DNA from: a bacterium
GTDB lineage: Bacteria > UBA8248
Direction: 5' to 3'
NCBI GenBank assembly: GCA_965219955.1
Contig: OZ244799.1
Span: 3,008,001-3,072,000 of the forward strand
DNA length: 64,000 nt
Below, piece after piece: positions 38,072 to 48,416 of this stretch. Numbering within the stretch: position 1 is the stretch's first letter; every line of letters starts with the position of its first letter. Position numbers and translations under genes: made by a program. The notes under the pieces were generated by a model. That model was not told the DNA's origin. It did not search any database and saw only the letters and a program-made list of their open reading frames with translations.

Positions 38072-38815
38072 TCACACGATGGTCAAACCGCCGTCGAGCA
38101 CCAGAACCTGGCCTGTCATGTAGGACGAACGCGGCGTCACCAGATACTCCATCGCGTCGAGCACCTCATCCACCCGGCCAAACCTGCCCATGGGGGATTT
38201 CCGGTAGCGCTCCGCCAAATTGTCGGGGTCGCCGTCTCCCTGGGACTCCCTGAGCTTCGTGAGCACCGGACCCGCCGCGATAGCGTTCACGCGGATGTTC
38301 CAATCCGCCAGTTCGACTGCCAGCGCGCGCGTGAGGCCCTCGACGCCTCCTTTTACGGCGACGTAGACCACGCGCTCCCTGGCCGGCGTGCGCGCGTAAA
38401 AACTCGACATGTTGACGATGGCGCCGCCGCCGCGTTTTTTCATCTCGGCCGCCGCGCGCTTCGCGCACAGGATGTTGCCCTTGAGGCCCACGGCGAGCGC
38501 CAAGTCGACCGTGGCTTCCTCGACCTCCGCCAGAGGGCCGTTCCCCCGGATGACAGCGCAGTTGATCAGAACGTCCACGCCGCCGAATCTCGCCACTACC
38601 GCGTCGAAGGCATCCTCGACACCCTTCTCATTCGAGATGTCCGCCCGCACCCCGAGGATGGCGCCGGCCGCTTCGGTTTCGAGCCTGCGCAGACCGTCTT
38701 CTTCCACGTCCAGGGCCGCCACTTTCGCTCCCATGCCCGAAAACCTGCGCGCCGCGTCCGCCCCGATACCACGGGCCGCACCCGTGATGACGAAAATTTT
38801 TCCACTCAAGTCCAC
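38072..38815 (-). CDS. Short-chain dehydrogenase/reductase
   Basis: TGAARGIG, YVAVKGG (YxxxK), RVNAIAAG and GQVLVLDGG motifs. Confidence 0.88.
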   Translation of the reverse strand: MDLSGKIFVITGAARGIGADAARRFSGMGAKVAALDVEEDGLRRLETEAAGAILGVRADISNEKGVEDAFDAVVARFGGVDVLINCAVIRGNGPLAEVEEATVDLALAVGLKGNILCAKRAAAEMKKRGGGAIVNMSSFYARTPARERVVYVAVKGGVEGLTRALAVELADWNIRVNAIAAGPVLTKLRESQGDGDPDNLAERYRKSPMGRFGRVDEVLDAMEYLVTPRSSYMTGQVLVLDGGLTIV

Positions 38816-38861
38816 GGTGTTCTTCCCGCACTTCGGCCAAATGGAGGGACATGCCGAGTAT

Positions 38862-39872
38862 TCAAAACGAGACGACCCCCTCGCCCCGGAGGATCTCAAT
38901 CTGCGTCCCCAGCTTCCCGGAGAGCGATTCAAGAGTGCCCAGTATTTCAGCCGATTTCGGCTCCTCCCCGCCGAGAATCCGGGGGCTGCCGTCCGCTTCG
39001 ATCAAAACGGGCGATATCGCCGCCCGGCTGAGCGCCCCGCCTCTCAAGGTCAGCTTCAGGCAAATCGACTCGCGCGCCGTGGGCAGGAACATCGGGTGGT
39101 CGTGATCCAGAACGAAGTTGCCGAGCGCGTAGAAAACGGGCCGACCGCGATACACCTCGACCCCCTGCACGATGTGGGGATGGTGGCCGACGACGACGTC
39201 CACCCCCGCCTCGACAGCCGCGTGCGCCGCCGCCTGCTGGGAAAGGGTGAGCGTGCGGCTCTGGCTCGCGCCCCAGTGGAACGAGGCCAGAAGGAAATCG
39301 ACCCGCGGCCGCGTGCGTTCGACGTCGGCGATCATCGCCTCCAAGTCTTCTTCGTTGACATACGGGGGGCCGTAGAGCGCATCCTGCCGGATGGGCGCGA
39401 CGCCGGGCTTTGCCGGACCTGCGCCCCAGCCCAGGGGGAGTTCCAGCACGTAGGATAAAAAACCGTACCGCACGCCGCCTCGCTCGATGACGGCGGGCGT
39501 CCGCGCTTCCTGGATGTTCCGGCCCGCGCCCGAATATATGATTCCGTTTCGCTCGAGCAGCTCCATCGTCTCGACGAACGGCTCGACCCCGTAGTCCATG
39601 CAATGGTTGCTGGCGAACGCCAGGACTTCGAAGCCGCCTTCGAGATAGCCCTGAATCATCACCGGGTCATGGCGCATCACGATCTTCCCGCTCGCGGGCG
39701 CGCCCAGCCGGGACATCGACGCTTCCAGGCCGCCGAAGCGCAGATCGGCCGCTTTCAGATACGAGGCGACCTCCGAGAACGTATTCCGGGGTTCTGCGCG
39801 GTCGATCTCCATATCACCCACGACGACGAGCGTGGATTCCTTATCCGCTGAATCTTGCGCTTCACCCGGCAA
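38862..39872 (-). CDS. CapA-family metallophosphatase-like protein
   Basis: VVGD, ASNHCMDYG, FHWG, VGHHPHIVQ and YALGNF motifs. Confidence 0.87.
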   Translation of the reverse strand: MPGEAQDSADKESTLVVVGDMEIDRAEPRNTFSEVASYLKAADLRFGGLEASMSRLGAPASGKIVMRHDPVMIQGYLEGGFEVLAFASNHCMDYGVEPFVETMELLERNGIIYSGAGRNIQEARTPAVIERGGVRYGFLSYVLELPLGWGAGPAKPGVAPIRQDALYGPPYVNEEDLEAMIADVERTRPRVDFLLASFHWGASQSRTLTLSQQAAAHAAVEAGVDVVVGHHPHIVQGVEVYRGRPVFYALGNFVLDHDHPMFLPTARESICLKLTLRGGALSRAAISPVLIEADGSPRILGGEEPKSAEILGTLESLSGKLGTQIEILRGEGVVSF

Positions 39873-39941
39873 CGTCCACCTCCATTGTTGAAATTGCGCG
39901 CATTCCTTTCCTCATCCATTCCAAAGGACGCAAGAGGCGTC

Positions 39942-40853
39942 CTATTTCTTGTTTTCCCGCTCCAGGTAGGAGAGATACACGGCCGCACTGTCCAGTTCTC
40001 CATTGCCTGCGCGCGCGCCTTCCCTGTACAGCGGCGCGCATGCGTTGCCTACGGGCGTCACGGCGCCGTTTCTCCTGGCCAGTCTGAGACCAAGCCCGAT
40101 GTCCTTCCGGATGACGTTCAGGGTGCTCCGGGGACGGCGATACCGGCCCCGCACCATGATGCCGCCGTGGCCATGGAACCCGCTCGAGTCGCCCGCGCGG
40201 CTTCTCTTGAGCGTGTCGAACAAGAAATCTTTCCCGAATCCGCTGCGCATCCCCAGCCTCAAGCCCTCGGCGATGACGCAGCGCCCCATCGAGGTCATGT
40301 AGTTCACGACCACTTTCATCTTGGCCCCGGAGCCCGACGGCCCGCAGTAAACCTGGTCGGACAGCATCGTCTCCAGAAGCGGCGCCACCTTGTCGTAGGC
40401 TTTCCTGTTCCCGCCCACGAGAAACAAGCCCTCCCGATTCGTCACGTGGTCGCTGTTGCCGCTCACGCTGGCGTCCAGATAGGGAATTCCCCTCTCCCGG
40501 CACAGTCCTGCGTGTTTTTTCGAATCCTCAGGATCCGAAGTCGTCGTGTCGAGCACGACATCGGGCGCGGATTCGGGCGCGCAGGCCAGATAACCGTCTT
40601 TCCCTCGTGCGGTCTGAAGGGATATCTTCGAGTTGGGAACAGAGATGAATACCACTTCAGCGGCTTCGGCCACGGCGCGGGGCGAGTCCAGGACCTCTCC
40701 TCCCAGGCTCCTGAACTTCCGCCTCGCTCCCGCCAGCACGTCGGTTCCCACGAGGCGTTGGCCGTCTGCGATGAGGTTTTTGGAAAACGCCTGTCCCATG
40801 AGGCCCAGGCCGATGAAACCGATGGTTCTTATCGTGTTCTTCTTCTTGGGCAT
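39942..40853 (-). CDS. NAD(P)-dependent oxidoreductase, 3-hydroxyisobutyrate dehydrogenase family
   Basis: IGLGLMG, YLDASVSG and MKVVVN motifs. Confidence 0.85.
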   Translation of the reverse strand: MPKKKNTIRTIGFIGLGLMGQAFSKNLIADGQRLVGTDVLAGARRKFRSLGGEVLDSPRAVAEAAEVVFISVPNSKISLQTARGKDGYLACAPESAPDVVLDTTTSDPEDSKKHAGLCRERGIPYLDASVSGNSDHVTNREGLFLVGGNRKAYDKVAPLLETMLSDQVYCGPSGSGAKMKVVVNYMTSMGRCVIAEGLRLGMRSGFGKDFLFDTLKRSRAGDSSGFHGHGGIMVRGRYRRPRSTLNVIRKDIGLGLRLARRNGAVTPVGNACAPLYREGARAGNGELDSAAVYLSYLERENKK

Positions 40854-40910
40854 CTTGCCCCTCCCATCAAGAGATAATCTGGAAAAACGCGAAGCAGGAG
40901 ACGCGAGGGA

Positions 40911-41672
40911 CTACTCGCTTACGAGTTCCACTCTGTATCGGTGCTGGTCTCCGCGATAATAGATTTGAGAGAATTCGACGGGCTCCCCGCTCTTGCTGTA
41001 GACGAAGGTTTCCACATACAAAACCGGCGCCAGGACGCCGATGGAAAGATGGTCGGCAACGTCACTCTCGGCGATGCGCGCCTCGAACGTCTGCTGAATC
41101 TTGCCCAGCGGGATGTTCAGCCGACTCTTCAGGATGTGGAGCATGCTGCGGGTGCGGATATCTTCTTGCGGGATGTCCTTCCCGAGCTTTCCGGGCAGAT
41201 AGTTCATCACGTAGCAAAGGGGCGTTTTCTCCGCCATCCTCAGGCGCTGGACCCTGGTCAACTTCTCCCCGTCGCCCAAGCCGAAGAATTTCTGAAGCCG
41301 GGCCGAAGCGTCCACCTCCTCTGTCGATATGACCCGCAGATCCTCCCCGCCCGCGCCCTCCTCCCAGACGACGCCGGTGAGTTGAATCATCTTCGATTTC
41401 ACGCCCCCGTGGTTCACGAACGTGCCCTTGCGGCGCTCGCGCGTCAGGAGCCCCTCTTTCTCCAGTATGGCGAGGGCTTGCCGCAGGGTGACCCGGCTGA
41501 CGCCGAAATGTTTGGAAAGGTCCAATTCCTTGGGGAGCTTCATGCCCGCGAACAGTTCTCCGCTTTCGATTTTGCCGCGCAAGAGATTCGCGATCTGGTA
41601 GTAGTAAGGGATGAATTCGTTCGAAAACGGTTTTTCCGCAATCAGTTCCCGCATCCTCTCCTCACTTTCCAC
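40911..41672 (-). CDS. GntR-family (HutC/UTRA) transcriptional regulator
   Basis: PYYYQIA, LPKELDL, GVSRVTLRQAL and KGTFV, with a UTRA C-terminus. Alternative start ATG 41654. Confidence 0.92.
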   Translation of the reverse strand: MESEERMRELIAEKPFSNEFIPYYYQIANLLRGKIESGELFAGMKLPKELDLSKHFGVSRVTLRQALAILEKEGLLTRERRKGTFVNHGGVKSKMIQLTGVVWEEGAGGEDLRVISTEEVDASARLQKFFGLGDGEKLTRVQRLRMAEKTPLCYVMNYLPGKLGKDIPQEDIRTRSMLHILKSRLNIPLGKIQQTFEARIAESDVADHLSIGVLAPVLYVETFVYSKSGEPVEFSQIYYRGDQHRYRVELVSE

Positions 41673-41767
41673 ATCCTCGTAAACCGACGGGCTTCAAGTA
41701 TCAAGCAAGGCGCAAGTTTCACATATCACAACTTCGTTGAAAATGGACATCTTCGCGAAAATAACAC

Positions 41768-41803
41768 TTGCGATCTTTAATGGTATTAAATATAATACCA
41801 TTA
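41768..41803 (+). promoter_or_regulatory. sigma70 promoter overlapped by a palindromic operator
   Basis: TTGCGA-17 bp-TATAAT (41768/41791). Perfect palindrome TAATGGTATTA-AATA-TAATACCATTA (41778-41803) between divergent gntR and the operon. Confidence 0.75.
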
Positions 41804-41907
41804 TTCAAGATTTAATTCACATTTTTCGTTAAGGCTTTGAGGCGAGAATTGCTTTCGCTGGTTGCACTAATTGATGTTTTTTCGTTCACCCTTTGGATGA
41901 GTGCCGC

Positions 41908-42660
41908 ATGAAACTCGAAGGACGCGCTGCGCTCGTTACCGGCGCAACGCGCGGTATTGGCAAAGCCATCGCCCACGCATTGGCGCGCGAAGGCGCTACC
42001 GTCGCCGTGCACTACCACGCAGGTGAGGCGGCGGCGCAGGAAACCGCGAAAGCGATTCAAGAAGGAGGCGGCAGCGCCTTCTGCGTCCAGGCCGACGTGA
42101 GCCGGCATGACGAGGTGGAGCGCATGTTCGGGGAATGCGAAAAACGAATGGGCGGCGTCGAAATTCTCGTCAACAACGCGCGCAGGCTCGTGAAGGGCAG
42201 AGCCTTCATGGAGATGAACTGGGAGGAGGACTACGAGCCCCAGGTTCAGGTGATGCTCAAAGGCGCTTTCCATTGCTGCCAGGCGGCGCTGCCGGGTATG
42301 CAGGAGCGGGGCCGGGGCCGCATCGTCAACGTCCTCTCCACCGTCCTGGGTGAGAAGCGCGCCCGCACGAATTCCTACGGGGCCGTCAAATCCGCCCTGC
42401 TCTATTTCTCGCAAAACCTGGCCGTGGAAATGGGCCCCTACGGCGTCACGGTCAACATGGTCTCACCGGGCCTCACCGAAACGGAGCGGCCCATCCTCCA
42501 TGCGGAGGATTATCAAAGAGAATACATCGACGCCATCCCGATGAAGCGCCTGGGGCGCTCCGAGGACGTCGCCGGCGCCGTGGTGTTTTTCTGCAGCGAT
42601 GAGGCCGCTTACGTGACGGGCGTGAACATGGCCGTCTCGGGCGGTAAAGTGATCTTTTAA
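41908..42660 (+). CDS. Short-chain dehydrogenase/reductase (FabG-like)
   Basis: TGATRGIG, VNNA, YGAVKSA and VNMVSPG motifs. Confidence 0.88.
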   Translation: MKLEGRAALVTGATRGIGKAIAHALAREGATVAVHYHAGEAAAQETAKAIQEGGGSAFCVQADVSRHDEVERMFGECEKRMGGVEILVNNARRLVKGRAFMEMNWEEDYEPQVQVMLKGAFHCCQAALPGMQERGRGRIVNVLSTVLGEKRARTNSYGAVKSALLYFSQNLAVEMGPYGVTVNMVSPGLTETERPILHAEDYQREYIDAIPMKRLGRSEDVAGAVVFFCSDEAAYVTGVNMAVSGGKVIF

Positions 42661-42687
42661 CGGTACGCAATACGAAGGAGAGGAAAG

Positions 42688-43830
42688 TTGGGGTTATCGA
42701 CCAAAGAGCGTGATCGCCGCCACGCGAATCTAAGAGCGGCAATGGAGCGCGAGGATCTGGACGTTCTCGTCGTCTACGGCAACAGCGGCCGCCAGGGGCC
42801 GCGCACGGGGAACCTGGCCTACGTCAGCAATTTCATCTCGTTCTCCGGCCAGCAGGTTCTGGTCTTCCCGCGCGAGGGGGAACCCGTCCTGTTCGTGGGG
42901 GTGGAGAACCAGCGAATCGAATCCCTGCGAAACGGCTGGATTTCCGACACCCGCTGCGAGGCCATGACGCCCGTTCCGAAGCAGGCGTGCAATTATCTGA
43001 ACGAGATAACCTCCTCAAGCTCCAGAATCGGAATCTCCTCTCTCGCCATCATCCCCGTGGCCTGGCACCAGCAGCTTGTGGATCAGGTGAGCGCGAAAGA
43101 ATGGGTGGAAGCGGGAGATCTCGTCTGGAAGCTGCGCCTCGTCCAAAGCGATGAGGAAGTCGAAGTGTCGCGCCACGCGGCCCGGCTGGGTGACAAGGTG
43201 TGGGATCACCTCTGCGGTTTCATAAGTGAAGGAGTAACGGAGCTCGACATGCGCGCCGAGATGGACCGGGTGATCATCCCTGAAGGGGGAGTTGAGAACT
43301 TCAACATGATGGGCCTGGCGAGCATGGCGAACGGCGGCGAAGCGCCCTGGGGCTACGTGATTCCCCAGACGGATCGGCCCATCAAGCAGGGCGACGCCGT
43401 CCTGCTGGAAATCTCCCCGCGCGTTAAGGGATACTGGAACCAGATCGTGCGGGTTCTGGCGCTGGGCGAGGCGGAGAAGTGGCTGGTCGACGCCCACCAA
43501 GTGGTGCGCGAGGCGCGCGACGCCTCGCTGGAGCATCTCGGGCCGGGGAAGCCGATGGTCGGCATGGTCACGGCGATGAACGACGTTTTCGAGAAACACG
43601 GCTACGAGGTGTGGCCCTACGGTCTGGTGCACCTCACGGGCCTGGACCTCACGGATTACATGATCACGCCGGTATCCGAGGGAGACCTTGAACCCGGAAT
43701 GGTGGTGACGACGCATCCCATGTTCAACCTGGGACCCAACCGCCAGATTTTCTGGGGTGAAACCTATCTGGTCACGGATGGTGGTTATGAACCGCTGAAC
43801 ACGAGTACGGATGAATTGGTTTGTCTCTGA
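42688..43830 (+). CDS. M24/creatinase-fold protein with non-canonical metal site
   Basis: Creatinase-like N domain and pita-bread C domain; metal-ligand positions are altered (LLEIS, WNQIVR, TTHP). Confidence 0.75.
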   Translation: MGLSTKERDRRHANLRAAMEREDLDVLVVYGNSGRQGPRTGNLAYVSNFISFSGQQVLVFPREGEPVLFVGVENQRIESLRNGWISDTRCEAMTPVPKQACNYLNEITSSSSRIGISSLAIIPVAWHQQLVDQVSAKEWVEAGDLVWKLRLVQSDEEVEVSRHAARLGDKVWDHLCGFISEGVTELDMRAEMDRVIIPEGGVENFNMMGLASMANGGEAPWGYVIPQTDRPIKQGDAVLLEISPRVKGYWNQIVRVLALGEAEKWLVDAHQVVREARDASLEHLGPGKPMVGMVTAMNDVFEKHGYEVWPYGLVHLTGLDLTDYMITPVSEGDLEPGMVVTTHPMFNLGPNRQIFWGETYLVTDGGYEPLNTSTDELVCL

Positions 43831-43868
43831 CGGCTTGTTTGATTCTTACCTAAGAGGAGGAACAAGAG

Positions 43869-45383
43869 ATGAAAAGGCTTTGGCTCTGGATGGTTGTTCT
43901 GTCGCTGCTTTTGCTCCCCGTGGGAGTGAAGGCGGCGCCCAAGGGGAAGGTGGTGCTGGGCATGGCCGGCGCGCTTACGACGTTCGATCCGCACACCTTC
44001 AGTTCCCTGCCGATTTCGATGCATCACCCGAACGTTTTCGAGACGCTGCTCGCGCGCGCTCCCGACGGCTCCATGACGAACCAGCTCGCCGAGAGCTACG
44101 AGATGGTGAGCCCCAAGGTGTGGGAGTTCAAGCTCAGGAAGGGCGTGAAGTTCAGCAACGGCGACCCCGTGAACGCGGCGGCCGTCAAGTTCAGTTTCGA
44201 GCGGATCCTCGACCCCAAGATGAAATCGAGGCAGTACCGCTACTTCAAGAGCATGTCGAAACTCGAAGTGGTCGACGAGCACACGGTCCGGATTCACACG
44301 AAAAAACCCGACCCCATGCTCCCGCCGTTCCTGGCGATCTACGGCTTCATCGTGCCTCCCGACTACTACAAGAAACACGACAAGAAGCACCTCTCCCGCA
44401 ACCCGGTGGGCAGCGGTCCCTTCGTGATGAAGAAATGGCGCAAGGGCCAGGAAGTCGTCTACGAGGCGAACCCCAACGCCTGGAGAAAACCCAGGGTGAA
44501 GACGGCGGTCGTGAAGTTCATCCCCGAGTCCACCACGCGCGTCTCCGCGCTCATCTCGGGCGACGTGGACGTCATCGACAACCTGCCTCCGGCCCTGAGC
44601 GAGCGCGTCCGGGCGGGCGGCAAAACGGACGTCATCGCCAAGCAGTCGCCGCGCACCAACTACATCCTGATGGTCATTAAGGAAGGCGCGCCCTGGATGG
44701 ACGTGCGGGTCCGCAGGGCCATGAACCTGGCGATCAACCGCGAGGCCATCACCAAGAACGTGATGATGGGCTTCGCCAAATCGGTGGCGATCATTCAGGG
44801 TCCCGCGAGCTTCGGCTTCAACCCCGAACTCAAGCCCTATCCCTACGATCCCGAAAAGGCGAAGAAGCTGCTCGCCGAAGCCGGGTTCGCGAAGGGATTC
44901 TCCTTCGACGTGTACATCCCCCGCGGACGCTTCATGATGGGCAAGGAAGCGCTCGAGGGCATCGCGGGCCAGTGGGGGAAAGTCGGCATCAAGGCGAACG
45001 TCCGCGTGATGGAATGGGGCGCGATGAAGAAGATCATCTTCAGCAAGTACAAGAAGAACGTGAAGCCGTTCCTGTACTACCTCGCGCGGATGAACACGGC
45101 CTTCAGCGCGGAGCACATGTTCGCCGGCGCGATCAGCAGCCGCTCGGCCTACGGCGGATTCCGCGACAAGGCCGTGGACGCGATGATCAACGACGCGCGC
45201 TCGACGCTGGACAACAAGGCGCGGGAGAAGAAATACCAGGAAATCGCCCGCGTATTGCGCCATGAGAAGGTGCCGATCGTTCCGCTGTATCAGACCTTCC
45301 GCATCTTCGGCGCTAACAAGAAGATAGACTGGAAACCGCGCGCCGACGGAAAGCTGATAGCCGCCGAGGTCGGCCTCAAGTAG
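43869..45383 (+). CDS. ABC transporter substrate-binding protein (family 5, peptide/nickel)
   Basis: Signal peptide; FKLRKGVKFSNG, PVGSGPF, VRRAMNLAINR and YDPEKAKKLLAEAG motifs. Confidence 0.92.
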   Translation: MKRLWLWMVVLSLLLLPVGVKAAPKGKVVLGMAGALTTFDPHTFSSLPISMHHPNVFETLLARAPDGSMTNQLAESYEMVSPKVWEFKLRKGVKFSNGDPVNAAAVKFSFERILDPKMKSRQYRYFKSMSKLEVVDEHTVRIHTKKPDPMLPPFLAIYGFIVPPDYYKKHDKKHLSRNPVGSGPFVMKKWRKGQEVVYEANPNAWRKPRVKTAVVKFIPESTTRVSALISGDVDVIDNLPPALSERVRAGGKTDVIAKQSPRTNYILMVIKEGAPWMDVRVRRAMNLAINREAITKNVMMGFAKSVAIIQGPASFGFNPELKPYPYDPEKAKKLLAEAGFAKGFSFDVYIPRGRFMMGKEALEGIAGQWGKVGIKANVRVMEWGAMKKIIFSKYKKNVKPFLYYLARMNTAFSAEHMFAGAISSRSAYGGFRDKAVDAMINDARSTLDNKAREKKYQEIARVLRHEKVPIVPLYQTFRIFGANKKIDWKPRADGKLIAAEVGLK

Positions 45384-45411
45384 GAACGATTTTATCATTC
45401 GAAGCGAAACT

Positions 45412-45446
45412 CCGGCCGGGGCGTGAATCAACCACGCCCTGGCCGG
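45412..45446 (+). terminator. Intercistronic stem-loop (attenuator or mRNA stabiliser)
   Basis: CCGGCCGGGGCGTG-loop-CACGCCCTGGCCGG followed by TGATTTT, right after the substrate-binding protein gene. Confidence 0.6.
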
Positions 45447-45481
45447 TGATTTTGATTTAACGTCTGCCGCTGGGTGGCTCA

Positions 45482-46399
45482 ATGGCCGGATATGTCGTAA
45501 AGCGCTTGATTCAGGCAATCGTCCTCCTCAAGTGCGTCATGATCATCGTGTTTCTCCTGCTTCACATGACGGGCGACCCCGTCCTGGTGATGCTCGATAC
45601 CGATGCGACCCACGAAGACATCGAGCACCTGAGAAAACTCATGGGGTTCGACCAGCCGCTCCACGTGCAGTACGGGCGTTTTTTCAAAAACGCCTTGCAG
45701 GGGAACTTCGGAGAATCCACCGAACACGGCGAATCGGCCATGGGCCTCGTTCTGGAACATTTTCCGGCGACGATTGAGATGGCGGTCGGGGCCTTCGTTT
45801 TCGCCGTCATCATCGGGATTCCCTTCGGCTGCCTGGCGGCCTTCCGGGAAGGCTCGGCTTACGACAAAAGCTGCGTGGGCATCACGGTGCTGATGCAGGC
45901 GGTTCCGGATTTCTGGCTGGCGATCATGTTCATCATGTTCTTCTCCGTGACGCTGGGGCTTCTGCCTTCCTTCGGCCGAGGCGGGTGGGAGCATTTCATC
46001 ATGCCGGCTTTCGCCGCCTCCACGTATCACCTCGCCCGGCTCGCGAGGCTCATGCGCTCCCAGATGCTGGAGGTGCTGCGCCAGGACTACATCACCACGG
46101 CGCGGGCGAAGGGGCTGAGCGAGAAAATCGTGCTCATGGTCCACGCCTTGAAGAATTCCTCGATCCCCATCGTCACCGTCATGGGGCTGGATTTGGGCAT
46201 TCTTCTCGGCGGAACGGTAATCATCGAGGTGGTTTTCGCCTGGCCGGGGGTCGGGCGGCTGGTGGTCGATTCGATCGCGAACCGCGATTTCCCGATCGTC
46301 CAGGCCGCCGTGTTTCTTCTGGCGTCGGGGTTCGTGATCATCAATCTGACGGTGGACTTGGTCTACGCCTATCTCGACCCGCGGATCAGTTACGAATGA
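45482..46399 (+). CDS. ABC transporter permease (DppB/OppB-like)
   Basis: GDP, DYITTARAKGL EAA loop, EVVFAWPGVG and YAYLDPRI motifs. Confidence 0.92.
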   Translation: MAGYVVKRLIQAIVLLKCVMIIVFLLLHMTGDPVLVMLDTDATHEDIEHLRKLMGFDQPLHVQYGRFFKNALQGNFGESTEHGESAMGLVLEHFPATIEMAVGAFVFAVIIGIPFGCLAAFREGSAYDKSCVGITVLMQAVPDFWLAIMFIMFFSVTLGLLPSFGRGGWEHFIMPAFAASTYHLARLARLMRSQMLEVLRQDYITTARAKGLSEKIVLMVHALKNSSIPIVTVMGLDLGILLGGTVIIEVVFAWPGVGRLVVDSIANRDFPIVQAAVFLLASGFVIINLTVDLVYAYLDPRISYE

Positions 46400-47301
46400 G
46401 AGAACAAGCGCTCGCGATTCAGGAAACCATGGAGCTCGAAGCGCTCCCCGAGCGCCCGAGGGTATGGGCGTCCTTGTGGAAGGATAAGTCCGCGCTGCTG
46501 GGCTGCATCATCCTCATAACCGTGGTGGTGATGGCCGTCTTCGCGCCATTGCTCGCGCCCATGGACCCCCAGGCCCAACTCCTGGACAGAAACCTGAAGC
46601 CGCCCATGTGGTCGGACGGCCAACAAATCTATCTGCTCGGCACGGACCACCTGGGGCGGGATTTTCTGAGCAGGCTCATCTACGGCGCGCGCATTTCGCT
46701 GCTGGTGGGCTTTTTCGCCGTTCTGCTCACGGGATGTTTCGGTCTCTGCGTGGGGCTGGTGGCGGGCTATTTCGGCGGAAAAGTGGATTTTCTGCTCATG
46801 CGGCTCGTGGACCTTGTGCTCTCCTTTCCGTTCATCCTGCTGGCGCTGGCGACCATCGCCATCGTGGGGCCGAGCCTCGTCGTGCTCATACTCGTGATGT
46901 CGATGCGCATCTGGGTCATCTACGCCCGCGTCGTGCGCGGCGAGGTGCTCACGCTGCGTGAACAGGAGTTCGTCCAGGCGGCGCGGAGCATCGGCGGGAG
47001 TCATTTCCGCATCATCGTCCGCCACATTCTCCCGAACGTGCTGGCCCCCGTCATCATCATCGCCTCCCTGTATCTCGGAAGGATGATCATCATCGAGGCG
47101 GGCCTGAGCTTTCTGGGTCTCGGCGTTCCGCCGCCCACGCCCACCTGGGGCGGTCTGCTCAGCGACGGCAAGGTGCACCTCTACACCTCCTGGTGGGTCG
47201 TCACCCTGCCCGGTCTGGCGATCACGGTGACGGTCCTGGGGGCGAACCTCGTGGGCGACTGGCTGAGAAACGTGCTGGACCCGCGTTTGAAATCGTTGTG
47301 A
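46396..47301 (+). CDS. ABC transporter permease (DppC/OppC-like)
   Basis: LGTDHLGRD, EFVQAARSIG, RHILPN, LSFLGLG and GDWLRNVLDP motifs; ATGA overlap. Confidence 0.92.
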   Translation: MREQALAIQETMELEALPERPRVWASLWKDKSALLGCIILITVVVMAVFAPLLAPMDPQAQLLDRNLKPPMWSDGQQIYLLGTDHLGRDFLSRLIYGARISLLVGFFAVLLTGCFGLCVGLVAGYFGGKVDFLLMRLVDLVLSFPFILLALATIAIVGPSLVVLILVMSMRIWVIYARVVRGEVLTLREQEFVQAARSIGGSHFRIIVRHILPNVLAPVIIIASLYLGRMIIIEAGLSFLGLGVPPPTPTWGGLLSDGKVHLYTSWWVVTLPGLAITVTVLGANLVGDWLRNVLDPRLKSL

Positions 47302-47330
47302 GTTCGTTACGGAATGAGGAGAGAAACAAG

Positions 47331-48362
47331 ATGAGCGATCCATTGAGGGTGGCCGTGGTCGGGCTGGGCCGCTGGGGCAACACACTGGCGTCCTACATCG
47401 AGAGAACGCCCGGGATGAAGATCACCACGTGCTTCACCAGAACGCCCGAAAAACGAAAGGCGTTCAGCGAAAAATTCTCATGCGGCGAGGAGGCGAGCTA
47501 CGAGGCCGTGGTCCGGCATCCAGAGGTGGACGCCGTGGTCATCGCGGCGCCCAACAACAAGCACGCCGAACTCGCGATGGCGGCGGCCGAGCAAGGAAAG
47601 CACGTGCTCGTCGACAAGCCGATCGCCGCCTCCATCCCGGATGCCAAGAAGATGATCCGCGCCTGTGAGGACGCGGGCGTTACCCTGGGCGTAGGCGCGA
47701 GTTCGAGATGGCTCAAGGGCCATCGCCTCTTCAAGCAACTGCTCGATGAGGGAACCATCGGCACCCTGGCGATGGCCGAGACCAACTACTCGAACGACCG
47801 GGGGCTTCACTACACGCCGGACAACTGGCAATGGTACGCGGAAGGCTCCCCCGGCGGCCCGCTCCTCCAGGTGGCCATCCACCAGGTGGACAACCTCCTG
47901 TATCTCTACGGGCCGATAAAGCGCGCGTCGGCGGCGTTCAGCAAAATAAAGACAAAATCGGAAATTCCCGACGTGAGCGTCGTGTGGTTCGAGTTCGAAT
48001 CCGGCCTGCTCGGCACGCTGGGGACGAGCTTCATCAGCCCACGTACGCCGAACGGGCGCTACACCTATTTCATGAACGCCTACGGGGATGAGGCGAACCT
48101 CTACCACGACAGGTGGGAGGGCATCAAAATCCTGCGACCGGACGGGGAGAAGCGCGAAGAGATCCCGTATGAGGAATACCCGAGACAAGACTACCTGATA
48201 GAAGAATTCAAGGATTTCGCAGGCGCCGTCCGGGATAAACGCCCGCCCGAGGTGGGCGGACCCGAAGGACTCCACGTCCTGGGCGCCGTGTGGGCGGCCA
48301 TGCGCTCATGGGAGCGCGGCGAGCCCGTGGAAGTGGCGGAGGTGCTCGAAGAGGACGAATAG
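47331..48362 (+). CDS. Gfo/Idh/MocA-family oxidoreductase
   Basis: VGLGRWG, GKHVLVDKP and GGPLLQVAIHQVD motifs; GAGGAG RBS. Confidence 0.88.
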   Translation: MSDPLRVAVVGLGRWGNTLASYIERTPGMKITTCFTRTPEKRKAFSEKFSCGEEASYEAVVRHPEVDAVVIAAPNNKHAELAMAAAEQGKHVLVDKPIAASIPDAKKMIRACEDAGVTLGVGASSRWLKGHRLFKQLLDEGTIGTLAMAETNYSNDRGLHYTPDNWQWYAEGSPGGPLLQVAIHQVDNLLYLYGPIKRASAAFSKIKTKSEIPDVSVVWFEFESGLLGTLGTSFISPRTPNGRYTYFMNAYGDEANLYHDRWEGIKILRPDGEKREEIPYEEYPRQDYLIEEFKDFAGAVRDKRPPEVGGPEGLHVLGAVWAAMRSWERGEPVEVAEVLEEDE

Positions 48363-48416
48363 ACGCGAATGGCTCCGGCGGGGTAGACCCGCCCATCACT
48401 GGAAGGAAGGAGACCC

